A stretch of 64,000 nucleotides of DNA. Origin: an uncultured Chthoniobacterales bacterium (GTDB taxonomy: Bacteria > Verrucomicrobiota > Verrucomicrobiia > Chthoniobacterales > UBA10450). A model generated the notes under the pieces. That model was not told the origin of the DNA. It was given only the letters and a program-made list of their open reading frames with translations, and searched no databases. The stretch is taken from the NCBI GenBank assembly GCA_902805675.1, contig CADCTA010000097.1, positions 1,059 through 65,058 of the forward strand, given 5' to 3'. The stretch's first letter is position 1; every line of letters starts with the position of its first letter. Shown piece after piece: positions 27,306 to 36,886 of the stretch. A program made the translations under genes and the position numbers.

Positions 27306-30107
27306 GTGGGAACCAGCAGAGATTACACACCGGCATCCTCGCGCTTGTGCCGAGCGGCGCGGCAGGCAGGAAGACGCGTTTGTTTCGCGGTACTCTGGTG
27401 CGCGGCCTCAGGGTTCGTCGCGCATGGCAGCTCGGCGGAAAATGCGACGTGGGCTGCCAATCCCGCATCGGGTGACTGGAATGCTGCGCAGAACTGGAGC
27501 CCTGCGACGGTCCCACGCGGCGCCGGCGACGTCGCGACCTTCGGCAGCTCTGCGATCACAAGCGTAGCGCTCTCAGCTGCGGTTGAAGTTTCCGCGATCA
27601 ACTTTACCGCCTCGGCCAACCCTCCGTTCACAATCACGGTGCCCGGGGCTACCGTTCTCACGCTCAGCGAAAGGGGCATCGCGAATAGCTCCGGCCTGAC
27701 CCAGAACTTCGTGGCCGCCGGAGACAGGACCGGCGGGAGCCGGCCTGGTGCAATCCTGTTCTACAATGACGCGACGGCGGGCCACTCGACAGCGTTCGCG
27801 ACGACCAGCGGCTCGGTCGGCGGCGGCTTCGTGCGGTTTCACAACCGCTCCACCGGCGGCAGTGCGACGTTCACACTCGAAGGGGGCAGCGTCTCCTTCG
27901 TGGACTCGACAAACGCGGGCAGCGGCTTTCTTACGGCTTCGCGCAGCGGCAGTATTTACTTCGGCGGGAATGCGAGCGGCGCCAGCGCCACTTTGACGAT
28001 CAACAACGGGACGAGCCTCACTTTCACGGAGAGTTCACGCGCCGGAAATGCCTCGATCACCACGAACACATACGGCGAGACGAAGTTCTTCCAACATTCC
28101 AACGCGGATCACGCCAGGTTTGTCAGCAACGGCGCCGTGACTGGCGGTTTTCTCGGCGCCGGCTATGTGCGTTTTTACGACAACTCGACTGCCGCGGAGG
28201 CGACGTTTCTCAACGCGGGAGCCACCGCCAACATGGGCAGCACGGGGCAACTCGAGTTCTTCGATAGTTCGAATGCGGGTCGCGCGACCGTAACGAACAA
28301 GGGCGGCAGCGCAGCGAACGCGGGCGGAGGAGCACTGCAGTTTCGCGCTGGCTCGCGTGCAGGCGAGGCGACGGTCGTGAATGATGGAGGCGAGGTGAGC
28401 GGAGCGTTCGGCGGCGTGACCTACTTGAACGACAATTCGTCGGCAGCGAACGGTACGTTCATCAATAACGGCGGTAGTGCGGCTGGTGCGAACGGGGCCA
28501 CGACCATGTTTTTCGGCACCTCGACGGCAGGGGCGTCGCGCCTGGTCGCGAACGGCGGTGCGGCGGGCGCGGCTGGGGGAAGCATCGAGTTCCAGCATGG
28601 CGCGAGCGGCGGCACTCCGCGGGTCGAGCTCTTCGGGAACGGTCGCCTCGATATCGGCAACACGAACTCGGGTGTCGCGATCGGCTCGCTTGAGGGAAAT
28701 GGTGACGTGTTCCTCGGCGCGCGCATGCTCACGGTCGGGACCAACGACGCGAGCAGCACGTTTGGCGGCGTGATTCGCGATGCCGGGCGCATCAACGCTG
28801 CGGGCGGCGCACTGACCAAAATCGGTGCCGGGACGCTGGTCCTCTCGAATGCGAATCTCTACACGGGCGGCACGGACGTGCGGGCCGGCAAGCTCATCAT
28901 CAGCAACAGCCACGGCTCTGCCACCGGCGCGGGGCCGGCACGTCTTGCCGGTGCCGGTGCCCTGCTTGGCGGAACTGGCACGATCGCGGGGCCGGTGGTG
29001 CTGAATCCTGGCGCAGCATTGTCCCCGGGCGATGCGGCGAGTGCGAGTGGCACGCTGACCCTGACGGCCGACGTGACACTGAGTGGCGGAACGACGATCG
29101 AGCTGGGCCTCAGCGCTCGCGGGCAGCATGCCACGCTCGCTCGTGGGGGGGGCAACTGGAGCTTCGCGACCGATCAAGCATTTGCCATCGTTGATCTCGG
29201 CGCCACGCCAGGGCTGTACGACAACGTCATCGCCGGCTTGGCCGCCGATCCGGGCAGCGTCGGCTCCTGGAAAATCAGCACGCCGGGGTTCGCCGGCACG
29301 TTCAGCTACGACGGAGCCGGCGGTGTCGATTTGAACCTCACCGTCACGCCGCCAGTCCTCGGCAACATCGCGACACGCATGCGCGTTCAAACCGGCGAGA
29401 ACGTGTTGATTGCCGGTTTTATCATCACTGGCACGCAGCAGAAGAAGCTGTTAGTGCGGGCGATTGGACCGTCGCTCAGCCTGGCTGGGCGGCTGGAGAA
29501 TCCTACGCTCGAGATCGTTGATTCTTCGGGCCGGCAGGTGGCATTTAACGACAATTGGAAAGAGGCAGCGAACCGCCAGGAAATCAGCGACAGCCAGGCC
29601 GCGCCGACGAACGACTTCGAATCGGCAATCCTGACCAGCCTGTCGCCGGGCAGCTACACGGCCGTGATGCGAGGAGTAGGCGAGACCACCGGCATCGGCG
29701 TAGTGGAAGCCTACGATCTCGACCGCACCGCGCATGCGAAGCTTGCGAATATCGCGACGCGTGGATTCGTCGAGACCGAACAGGACGTGATGATCGCGGG
29801 CTTCATCGTCGTTGCGCCGAATCCGCGACCGGTCCTCATCCGCGCGATCGGCCCCTCTTTGTCGGTGGCGGGTAAGCTTGCGAATCCATCGCTTGATCTG
29901 GTGGATGGCAACGGCAACCACATCGGCGCGAATGACGACTGGCGCAGCAACCAACAGGCGGAGATCGAGGCGACAACCGTCCCACCGTCCAACGATCTTG
30001 AATCAGCTATCATCGCGTTCCTGCCGCCGGGTGGCTACACGGCCGTTGTCCGCGGTGTGAGCCAGGCGACTGGAGTGGCGGTCGCGGAAGTGTACGCGCT
30101 CGAGTAA
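27306..30107 (+). CDS. Autotransporter-associated beta-strand (PATR) repeat protein with two C-terminal ~120-aa modules and no barrel domain
   Basis: 933-aa ORF. The N-terminal part is periodic and beta-helix-like ('F.D.S.AG.AT..N.G'). The PATR motif is 'GAGTLVLSNANLYTGGTDVRAGKLII'. The two tandem modules lie at 29364-29720 and 29748-30101. Confidence 0.85.
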   Translation: MGTSRDYTPASSRLCRAARQAGRRVCFAVLWCAASGFVAHGSSAENATWAANPASGDWNAAQNWSPATVPRGAGDVATFGSSAITSVALSAAVEVSAINFTASANPPFTITVPGATVLTLSERGIANSSGLTQNFVAAGDRTGGSRPGAILFYNDATAGHSTAFATTSGSVGGGFVRFHNRSTGGSATFTLEGGSVSFVDSTNAGSGFLTASRSGSIYFGGNASGASATLTINNGTSLTFTESSRAGNASITTNTYGETKFFQHSNADHARFVSNGAVTGGFLGAGYVRFYDNSTAAEATFLNAGATANMGSTGQLEFFDSSNAGRATVTNKGGSAANAGGGALQFRAGSRAGEATVVNDGGEVSGAFGGVTYLNDNSSAANGTFINNGGSAAGANGATTMFFGTSTAGASRLVANGGAAGAAGGSIEFQHGASGGTPRVELFGNGRLDIGNTNSGVAIGSLEGNGDVFLGARMLTVGTNDASSTFGGVIRDAGRINAAGGALTKIGAGTLVLSNANLYTGGTDVRAGKLIISNSHGSATGAGPARLAGAGALLGGTGTIAGPVVLNPGAALSPGDAASASGTLTLTADVTLSGGTTIELGLSARGQHATLARGGGNWSFATDQAFAIVDLGATPGLYDNVIAGLAADPGSVGSWKISTPGFAGTFSYDGAGGVDLNLTVTPPVLGNIATRMRVQTGENVLIAGFIITGTQQKKLLVRAIGPSLSLAGRLENPTLEIVDSSGRQVAFNDNWKEAANRQEISDSQAAPTNDFESAILTSLSPGSYTAVMRGVGETTGIGVVEAYDLDRTAHAKLANIATRGFVETEQDVMIAGFIVVAPNPRPVLIRAIGPSLSVAGKLANPSLDLVDGNGNHIGANDDWRSNQQAEIEATTVPPSNDLESAIIAFLPPGGYTAVVRGVSQATGVAVAEVYALE

Positions 30108-30127
30108 GGCGCCCGCTGGGCCGCCAA

Positions 30128-30269
30128 GTGGCAGCCGGCGCTGAGGAGATCGGAACAAAACCATCCCGCGCCGCACGATCTCGAATCCGGAATCGTAACG
30201 TTCCTTCCGCCCGCGGCCTACACCGTATCGTGAGCGGCACCGCGGACTTAGGCTTGCGCGCTCGACTAA
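30128..30269 (+). pseudogene. Decayed duplicate of the 3' half of the last C-terminal module, including its old stop codon
   Basis: It is in frame with the upstream gene after its TAA. 'W...HDLESGIVTFLPPAAYTV' matches 'W...NDLESAIIAFLPPGGYTAV'. The nucleotide tail TTGCGCGCTCGACTAA matches GTACGCGCTCGAGTAA of the live gene end. It is interrupted by stops. Confidence 0.55.
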
Positions 30270-30323
30270 CGAGTTTGCGCTTTCATCGGCGCGGCCGACG
30301 GCAGACGCTGGCAATTAGCGGCG

Positions 30324-31580
30324 ATGACAAAAACTTACGGCATTCTGCTCGCGCTGGTCATCGGGCTACTGCTCGGGATTGCGAGCGCCGCGATCGGCGG
30401 CGGGTGGGTCAATCGCGCGATCGCGCTGGTCGAGCCGATCGGCGCGCTCTGGCTCAACGCGCTCCGGATGACGATCATCCCGCTTGTCGTCTCGCTGGTC
30501 ATCACAGGCATCGCAGCGACAGCAGAAGCCGCGCAGGGGAGCCGATTAGCCGCGCGCTCGCTCGTTTTCTTCATTGTCCTGCTCTCGATCTCCTCGGTTC
30601 TCGGCGCACTTCTCACGCCGCTCTTTCTGCAACTGTGGCCGGTCGCAGCCGGCTCTGCCGACGCGCTGAGGTCCGCGATTGTGACTACACCTGCACTGGC
30701 GGCAGTTCCTAGCTTTGGTGATTTCGCGCGGTCGATCGTTCCGACGAATCCGCTCGCCGCCGCCGCGAACGACGCAATTCTTCCGCTCATTGTTTTCACG
30801 ACGGTGTTCGCCTTCGCCGTCACGCGCATTCCGATGGAAGCGCGCGAGCGGCTGATCGGCTTCTTCAGGGCCGTCGCCGATGTGATGCTGGTGATGATCG
30901 GCTGGATTTTGTGGCTGGCGCCGGCCGGTGTGCTGGCACTTGCGTTTGTTCTCGGCGCTCGTGCTGGCGGGTCAGCGTTCGGCGCGCTGGTTCACTACGT
31001 CATCATCGTTTCGGCTGTTGGGCTCGTCGTCGCGATGCTCGGCTATGCGGTCGCGGCGATCGGAGGCCGCATTGAGGTCGCCCGATTTTCCCGCGCGGTG
31101 CTTCCGGCGCAGGCACTTGCCATCAGCACGCAATCATCCCTCGCCTGTCTGCCGGCGATGCTGCGCAGCTCGGAGATGCTGCGCGTGCCGGTTCATGCCT
31201 CGGGTGTCATTCTGCCGCTGGCCGTCGCGGTGTTCAGGGTGACCGGCCCCGCGATGAACGTCGCCGTCGTGCTTTATGTTGCGCATTGGCTCGGCACCCC
31301 GCTCGGGCCAGCGCAATTTGCTGCCGGGATTGCGGCGGCGGCACTGACGACAATCGGGTCGCCGAGCCTGCCGGGCCAGATCAGTTTCGTTACCGCGATC
31401 GCGCCGATTGCGATGGCCATGGGCGTGCCGATCGAGCCGCTCATGCTCCTCGTCGCGGTGGAAAACATCCCGGACATCGTGCGCACCGTCGGCAATGTGA
31501 CGATGGATGTAGCTGCAAACGCGACCATCGCGCGACGGAGTGGCTACGCGGAGAACGCAGCGGTGCCGGACAACGGCTAG
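30324..31580 (+). CDS. Dicarboxylate/amino acid:cation symporter (DAACS/GltP family)
   Basis: 418-aa polytopic ORF. 'GALWLNALRMTIIPLVVSLVITGIA', 'SSLACLPA' and 'PDIVRTVGNVTMD' are DAACS-like. Confidence 0.85.
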   Translation: MTKTYGILLALVIGLLLGIASAAIGGGWVNRAIALVEPIGALWLNALRMTIIPLVVSLVITGIAATAEAAQGSRLAARSLVFFIVLLSISSVLGALLTPLFLQLWPVAAGSADALRSAIVTTPALAAVPSFGDFARSIVPTNPLAAAANDAILPLIVFTTVFAFAVTRIPMEARERLIGFFRAVADVMLVMIGWILWLAPAGVLALAFVLGARAGGSAFGALVHYVIIVSAVGLVVAMLGYAVAAIGGRIEVARFSRAVLPAQALAISTQSSLACLPAMLRSSEMLRVPVHASGVILPLAVAVFRVTGPAMNVAVVLYVAHWLGTPLGPAQFAAGIAAAALTTIGSPSLPGQISFVTAIAPIAMAMGVPIEPLMLLVAVENIPDIVRTVGNVTMDVAANATIARRSGYAENAAVPDNG

Positions 31581-31605
31581 GATGCTGGAAACGACAACAC
31601 GCTGT

Positions 31606-32589
31606 TTAGCCGCCGCTGATCGCTGAGCGGTCGAGGAGCAGTTCGCGCAGCAGCGGAATGTCAGCGCGCCGGAAGGTCCGAGCTTTCGGCAGCTTCCCCT
31701 CGACCGGAAAATCGCGCATCTGCTGCAGTTCCCCGCTTCGCCAAACCCATGCCTCGCGATTGTATGGACCGACACGTCGCGGATCGCTCCAGGTGTGGAT
31801 CGAAACCAGCCGGTCCGTCACCGCAGCTGCGATGTGCATCGGCCCGCTATCCACGCTCACGACGAAGGAGGCCGTGCGGATCAGGCGGATTAATTGGAGG
31901 AGCGTCGTCTGGTTGGTGAGATCGATGCAGTTATCGGGCGTTTTGACGCGCAGCTTCGCTTTGCCCACCAGGACCACAGGCGTAGGCGCGCACGCGGCGC
32001 ACAGGTCGCGCACTGCTCGATCGCTGATCGACTTCCCGCGGCCGCGGGCAAATGGGTGGAGCAATACAAATGATGACGTCTCGTCGAAGCGCGGCAGCTC
32101 ATCACCGGTCGGCAGCGGAAATCTCGCCGGCCCGTGGAGGGGCGCGCCGAACTTTTCGGCGAGCTTCAGGTATCGCTCCACGGCATGCTCGTGGCGATCA
32201 ACCCGCGCGACCTGGTGATAGAAGAAGCGTGAGCCTTCACGCGCGTCGCTCAGGCCGAATAACTCCCGCGCACCGCTGATGCGCGCGATCAGCGCACTGC
32301 GGAGCAGTCCTTGGAAATCCACCGCGACATCGGGCCGCAGCGCGCGCGTTTTCTGCAGCCAAGGCAGCAGACTTTGCGGCGCGCCAAGGCCGCGGAAGTC
32401 GCTCCGCGGGAAGATGTGGACGTGATCGATGTCACGATTGCCGCGGAGCAGGGGCGCCCATTCGGGGTTAATCACCCAGGTGATCCTCGCGCTTCGATTC
32501 GCCTCCCGGATCGCAGCGACCGCGGGCAACGTGTGGACGACGTCGCCTAACGAACTCGGCTTGATGATGAGAATCGAGTCGTAGCTCAT
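31606..32589 (-). CDS. Family 9 glycosyltransferase (LPS heptosyltransferase-like)
   Basis: 327-aa ORF. 'ILIIKPSSLGDVVHTLPA' and 'VSVDSGPMHIAAA' are GT9 hallmarks. Confidence 0.85.
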   Translation of the reverse strand: MSYDSILIIKPSSLGDVVHTLPAVAAIREANRSARITWVINPEWAPLLRGNRDIDHVHIFPRSDFRGLGAPQSLLPWLQKTRALRPDVAVDFQGLLRSALIARISGARELFGLSDAREGSRFFYHQVARVDRHEHAVERYLKLAEKFGAPLHGPARFPLPTGDELPRFDETSSFVLLHPFARGRGKSISDRAVRDLCAACAPTPVVLVGKAKLRVKTPDNCIDLTNQTTLLQLIRLIRTASFVVSVDSGPMHIAAAVTDRLVSIHTWSDPRRVGPYNREAWVWRSGELQQMRDFPVEGKLPKARTFRRADIPLLRELLLDRSAISGG

Positions 32590-32625
32590 CGTGGTTAAAC
32601 CCTGCAGACCCGGCGCGATCGCAGG

Positions 32626-33348
32626 TCAGCGCCCGAGTTCCAGACGATCGGCGAGCAGGCGAGGGAGCCCTGCGTCGATGATCTTCCGCTGCGTCTTCGG
32701 CATGTCGTAGCGCACGCGGCGCTGCTCCACGATGTTCATCTCGGTGTCGTAAATGCAATACGCGGCACGCGGATCGCCGTCGCGCGGTTGGCCGACGCTG
32801 CCGGTGTTAATGAAGTATTTCTTGCCGGGCTCGATCGGCAGCTGCTCGGTCTTGACGCGCTTGACGCCATCATCGCGCACGAACGCGCCAGCGACATGGG
32901 TGTGGCCGAAGAAACAGACGGGCGTGTGCTGGTAGGTGAAGCTGGCGACCGCGTCGAGATTGTTGAAGACGTATCCCCACTCGTTAGGCGTATCGAGGGT
33001 GGCGTGCACGATGGTGAAGTCGCGCACCTGTCGTGTCATGCGCAGCTCCGAGAGCCATTCTTTGTCCGCTTCCGTGATGTGCTCGCGCGTCCAGGTGATC
33101 GCCTGCTCGGCGAGTTCATTGAAGCCGCGCGATGACTCGTTCAGGCAAGCCTGTTCGTCGTGGTTCCCCTTCACCACGGGGCAATCGAGATTGCGCACGA
33201 TCTCCACGCACTCGTGGGGGTTGGCGTTGTAGCCGACGAGATCGCCGAGGCAGACGTAATGCGTGCAATCCCTCGCATGCGCGTCGGCCATGACAGCCTC
33301 GGTCGCCTCGAGGTTGGCGTGCAAATCACTGAAAACGGCAAAGCGCAT
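32626..33348 (-). CDS. Metallophosphoesterase family protein
   Basis: 240-aa ORF. Motifs are 'FSDLHAN', 'CLGDLVGY', 'GNHDE' and 'GHTH'. Confidence 0.85.
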   Translation of the reverse strand: MRFAVFSDLHANLEATEAVMADAHARDCTHYVCLGDLVGYNANPHECVEIVRNLDCPVVKGNHDEQACLNESSRGFNELAEQAITWTREHITEADKEWLSELRMTRQVRDFTIVHATLDTPNEWGYVFNNLDAVASFTYQHTPVCFFGHTHVAGAFVRDDGVKRVKTEQLPIEPGKKYFINTGSVGQPRDGDPRAAYCIYDTEMNIVEQRRVRYDMPKTQRKIIDAGLPRLLADRLELGR

Positions 33349-33361
33349 CGTACGGACCGAT

Positions 33362-34120
33362 TCAGCGCACCGGGTCCGGGATGCGTTGGTCGAGTGAGAC
33401 GTTGAGCTTCTCTTCGAGAAATTTCAATCGGCTGATTAAAGTTGGCAGCCGTTCTTTCTCACCTTCCCGGTAGAGACTGAGGAGCCGGCCGTAAGCTTCC
33501 TCCTCGCGGCCTGCGCTGTAGGAGAGCTCGTAGGCGGCGAAGCGACGCGCATAACTCGGCGCGCCCGGCTTGCTCGCGGCGAGCTCAAAATACTTCGCTG
33601 CCTGCGCGTGGTCCTTGTATTTCTCGCGGTAAAGCCGCGCCAGCGCTTCGTAAAGTTGGGGCCGCTCGGGATTGTGCCTGATCCCGCGCTCCAGGAAGTC
33701 TCTGCCTAGATCGAGGTATTCGCGTTGGGCTTTAATACGAAGCGCGAGACGCGGCTGGTCTGGATCGTTCAAGGCGGCGGAGCCGGCATTCCACGCCATG
33801 TGCCACGCGGCCATCTCCCAGAAGAGCACGCTGCGCGGTTGCAGCGTGGTGACCTGCCGAAAGAGCAGCAGCACGCGCGACCATTCCGTGCGCTCCCACG
33901 CGACGTGCGCCTGGATGAACAGGAAATCCGCGATGACCGAGCGGAACCCGCTCAATGCGGCGACGACGCCGAGCTGGCCGACTTGCTCGCGCAAGTCGAG
34001 ACCGAGTCGCAGCACAGCGGCATTGTCAGCTGCGCGATTGGCGGAAAGCGCGCGCTCGATCGGCAGCTTCGCGGCTCCGAAGAACAGGAGCGCGGCGAGC
34101 GCGAGAAGCATTGTCTTCAC
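33362..34120 (-). CDS. Hypothetical membrane-anchored TPR-like protein
   Basis: 252-aa ORF with an N-terminal hydrophobic segment. The helical repeats have Y/A/L periodicity. Its start overlaps the upstream permease stop (ATGA). Confidence 0.55.
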   Translation of the reverse strand: MKTMLLALAALLFFGAAKLPIERALSANRAADNAAVLRLGLDLREQVGQLGVVAALSGFRSVIADFLFIQAHVAWERTEWSRVLLLFRQVTTLQPRSVLFWEMAAWHMAWNAGSAALNDPDQPRLALRIKAQREYLDLGRDFLERGIRHNPERPQLYEALARLYREKYKDHAQAAKYFELAASKPGAPSYARRFAAYELSYSAGREEEAYGRLLSLYREGEKERLPTLISRLKFLEEKLNVSLDQRIPDPVR

Positions 34121-35004
34121 AGTTCCTTTCCCGAAAAGACCGCCGTCGCGAGCAGCAGGTAAATCACGACGTAGAAGCAGCCGAGGGCGGCGGTTTTGAC
34201 GAAGAGCGCCATCGGTATCGCGGTCCCGGCGACGAGGTGATCGACGCCGTCGAACAGCTGGAGATCAGGAAAGAGGAGCGCAACGACTGCGAGAAACGTG
34301 CGGCTCGCCCAGCCGCCTCCGTGTTCCGATAACCAGAAGGCGCGCGCTGTGGCCTGCAGGTGCCCGATGAAGTAGACGAACACGGCCACCACGATGGTGA
34401 AGATGGTGGAAGTGGCGAAGGTGGAGATGAACAGCGTGAGAGAGGCGACGATGGCCGCCTTTATGTAAACGAGCAGGATCGCTGGCAGCAGGCTGCTGTT
34501 GAAGGTGGACGCGCGCACGTTTGCGAGTGCGTCAGAGAGTTCTTGTGGTGGGAGGCCGGTCATTTGATGGGCCGTCGCCGCGAGCACGGCCTGTTGCCGT
34601 GCGAACAGCACGGCGCAGAACAGCGCTGTCATGACGAGCATGCTGATGGCGAGCAACGACAGGACGCCGCCCAGCTTGCCGGCGATGTACTCGAAGCGCG
34701 GCACCGGCTTGGCGAGGATGGTGTAGACGGCGCGGTCGTCGACGTCCTGCGGCAGCAGGCGCGCAGTTCCCACGATCGCGAGGATCGAGGTGAAGAGACT
34801 CATCGCGCCGAGCGAGATGTCCTTCAGGACTTGAAACTCCTGCTGGAATGTCATCCGCGCCATGAACATCGAGCTGCCGATCAGCACGAGGGCGAAGATG
34901 AGCAGCACGTAAAACACGCGGAGGCGGGTGAGCTCCGTGAGGGTGATGGAAGCGATGGCAGCGACGCGCCGAAACGAGAACGCGCGGTGCTGCTGCTGCT
35001 GCAT
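34117..35004 (-). CDS. ABC-2 family transporter permease
   Basis: 295-aa ORF with six TM segments, downstream of an ABC ATPase. The N-terminus MQQQQH is encoded by a (CAG)n run. Confidence 0.7.
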   Translation of the reverse strand: MQQQQHRAFSFRRVAAIASITLTELTRLRVFYVLLIFALVLIGSSMFMARMTFQQEFQVLKDISLGAMSLFTSILAIVGTARLLPQDVDDRAVYTILAKPVPRFEYIAGKLGGVLSLLAISMLVMTALFCAVLFARQQAVLAATAHQMTGLPPQELSDALANVRASTFNSSLLPAILLVYIKAAIVASLTLFISTFATSTIFTIVVAVFVYFIGHLQATARAFWLSEHGGGWASRTFLAVVALLFPDLQLFDGVDHLVAGTAIPMALFVKTAALGCFYVVIYLLLATAVFSGKEL

Positions 35005-35013
35005 TGAAGAGAA

Positions 35014-35100
35014 CGTCGAGCGTCGAACGTTGAACGTCCAACGTCGAACTGCAGAAGGCGGTCAGTCCGACCTTCGATGTTCGGCGTTCGACGTTCGACG
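35014..35100. repeat. Family-3 heptamer-array hairpin, copy 1
   Basis: The left arm is 5 tandem heptamers (CGTCGAG CGTCGAA CGTTGAA CGTCCAA CGTCGAA). The right arm is 4 complementary heptamers (TTCGATG TTCGGCG TTCGACG TTCGACG). The loop contains the ATPase stop codon. Confidence 0.8.
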
Positions 35101-35955
35101 TTTGCTGGAGTCTTCCGGCTGTGTGGCCTCGAGAAACAGCCGCTCAAGTGTCGTCTGCGGTTTCCGCTGCTCCACCAGACGTGCGCCGGACGTGGAGGCG
35201 AGCGCGGCGATTTGCATGAGTAGCTCCGCGGGCGCGTTCTCGAGAATGAGCTCGGTCTGATTCTCGACTGCGAGCAACTCTTCCACGCGTCCTTCGCGCA
35301 CGAGCACGCCGTTCGCGAGAATCCCGACGCGGTCACACACTTCCTGCACTTGCTCGAGCAGATGCGACGAAAGCAGCACGGTCGTGCCGCGCTCCTTGAG
35401 GCGCAGGATGAGATCGCGAATGTCACGCGAGCCGGCCGGATCAACGCCGGCCGTCGGTTCGTCGAGCACCAGCAGGCGCGGCTCGTTCACGAGCGCCTGC
35501 GCCAGCCCGATGCGCTGCAACATCCCTTTCGAGTAGCCGCTGAGCCGGCGATCGGCCGCGCTCGCCAGGCCGACGAGCTCAAGCAGCTCGCCGACGCGCG
35601 CGCGCAAGCGTTCGCCTCGCAAGCCGCAGAGCTTGCCGTAGAACCGCAGCGTCTCCGTGCCGGTGAGATACTTCGGGAAGTAGGGGCTCTCGGGCAGAAA
35701 GCCGACCGACTCGCGGCTGGCGACATCCGAGCTGGCGCGCCCGAAGATCTCGGCGCGGCCGCGACTCGGCGGCACGAGCCCGAGGATCATTTTGAGCGTG
35801 GTGCTTTTGCCGGATCCGTTCGGACCGAGCAGGCCGTAAACCTCGCCGGAAGCGATCGCGAGGTTCAGTTCGCGCACGGCGACCACGGCGCGCCGGCTGA
35901 ACGGCACTGGATACACCTTCGACATGCCGACGACGGAGACGGCGAGCTCACTCAT
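35062..35955 (-). CDS. ABC transporter ATP-binding protein
   Basis: Start moved to the ATG at 35955 (MSELAVSVVGMSKVY). Motifs are Walker A GPNGSGKST, signature LSGYSKGMLQR and Walker B LLVLDEPTAGVD. The last ~12 codons are encoded by the repeat arm. Confidence 0.9.
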   Translation of the reverse strand: MSELAVSVVGMSKVYPVPFSRRAVVAVRELNLAIASGEVYGLLGPNGSGKSTTLKMILGLVPPSRGRAEIFGRASSDVASRESVGFLPESPYFPKYLTGTETLRFYGKLCGLRGERLRARVGELLELVGLASAADRRLSGYSKGMLQRIGLAQALVNEPRLLVLDEPTAGVDPAGSRDIRDLILRLKERGTTVLLSSHLLEQVQEVCDRVGILANGVLVREGRVEELLAVENQTELILENAPAELLMQIAALASTSGARLVEQRKPQTTLERLFLEATQPEDSSKRRTSNAEHRRSD

Positions 35956-36223
35956 GTCGGATCTCGAATCCGCGGCTGGCCGGCGGCGCGGCCAGCGGTG
36001 CTTCGGTTTCGTTTTTGATGTGGGCGCGCAGATGGCTGTTCCTGACGGCATCCAGGAAGGCGGCAAGCTCACTCGCGTCGCCGCTGGCTTGAAGCTCAAC
36101 CCGGCCATCAGCGAGGTTTCGCACCCAGCCGATCACGTCGAAGCCCTTGGCGACTTGCTTGACCGAGTAGCGAAAGCCAACGCCCTGCACGTTCCCTTCG
36201 TAGAAGACTTGCGTCGAAATCAT
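35948..36223 (-). CDS. acyP: Acylphosphatase
   Basis: 91-aa ORF. 'GNVQGVGFRYSV' and 'GWVRNLADGRVE' are the acylphosphatase signatures. Confidence 0.85.
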   Translation of the reverse strand: MISTQVFYEGNVQGVGFRYSVKQVAKGFDVIGWVRNLADGRVELQASGDASELAAFLDAVRNSHLRAHIKNETEAPLAAPPASRGFEIRHE

Positions 36224-36379
36224 CGCAGCATCGCTGTGAAGCGACTATGCGCGATGAGACTCACTGCGTCGACTGCGAGGAAGCGCAACGCAGCGGGCTT
36301 AGGTCAAGCACCGACGCCGCTGGCGTGGCAACATCGAAAGCAGGCGTTCGTCGGGGCGAATGCCTCGACACCCGCGCGA

Positions 36380-36886
36380 CTAGAGCGGGGTAGGGGAGAC
36401 TTCCGGAGCGGCCGGCGGGAGATCCGGAGCCGGGAGGCCTTCTGGTGGAGGGACAAAGCTCGGATCAACAGACTCGACGTCGAAGCTCTCGCTCGCTGGT
36501 GACGTCGTCGAGGAGGTCGCCGCAACCTGCTGCGGAGGAGGCGTAGCGGTGGCGGCCGCGATCAAGGAAGCCGACGCGACGGTGAGATCTTCGCTGGCGA
36601 CGAACCCCTGCTGGCCCGATGACGCGATGACCACTTTGGAATACCCGAAGGAATTGCGCACCAACCGAACGAGCGTGTCTTTCGGTAACTGCTCGTCAGG
36701 GCCGTTGCCCTGTTGAGGACCGTAGCGGTAGAAGGAGGCCTGCTCGACGCCGACGGCATACATCTTTCCACCCTCTGCGCTAGTCACCCGCGTCAGGACA
36801 TTGCGGCTGGCGCTGCAACCCGGGAGCGAGCTGGTGATGCCGATGGCGAGGAGGACGGCGATGCCGAGTGAGGTGAGCAGTTTCAT
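36380..36886 (-). CDS. Lipoprotein with SH3b-like domain and Pro-rich tail
   Basis: Start moved to the ATG at 36886 (MKLLTSLGIAVLLAIGITSSLPGC), overlapping the upstream stop (ATGA). The C-terminal third is P/A/S/T-rich. Confidence 0.6.
   Translation of the reverse strand: MKLLTSLGIAVLLAIGITSSLPGCSASRNVLTRVTSAEGGKMYAVGVEQASFYRYGPQQGNGPDEQLPKDTLVRLVRNSFGYSKVVIASSGQQGFVASEDLTVASASLIAAATATPPPQQVAATSSTTSPASESFDVESVDPSFVPPPEGLPAPDLPPAAPEVSPTPL

Noticed and set aside
28035-29390. 451-aa ORF antisense to the PATR repeat gene
   Set aside because: It lies entirely inside a much longer ORF with clear repeat and domain structure. Its Arg/Ala-rich composition is typical of shadow frames in GC-rich DNA, and it has no motifs.
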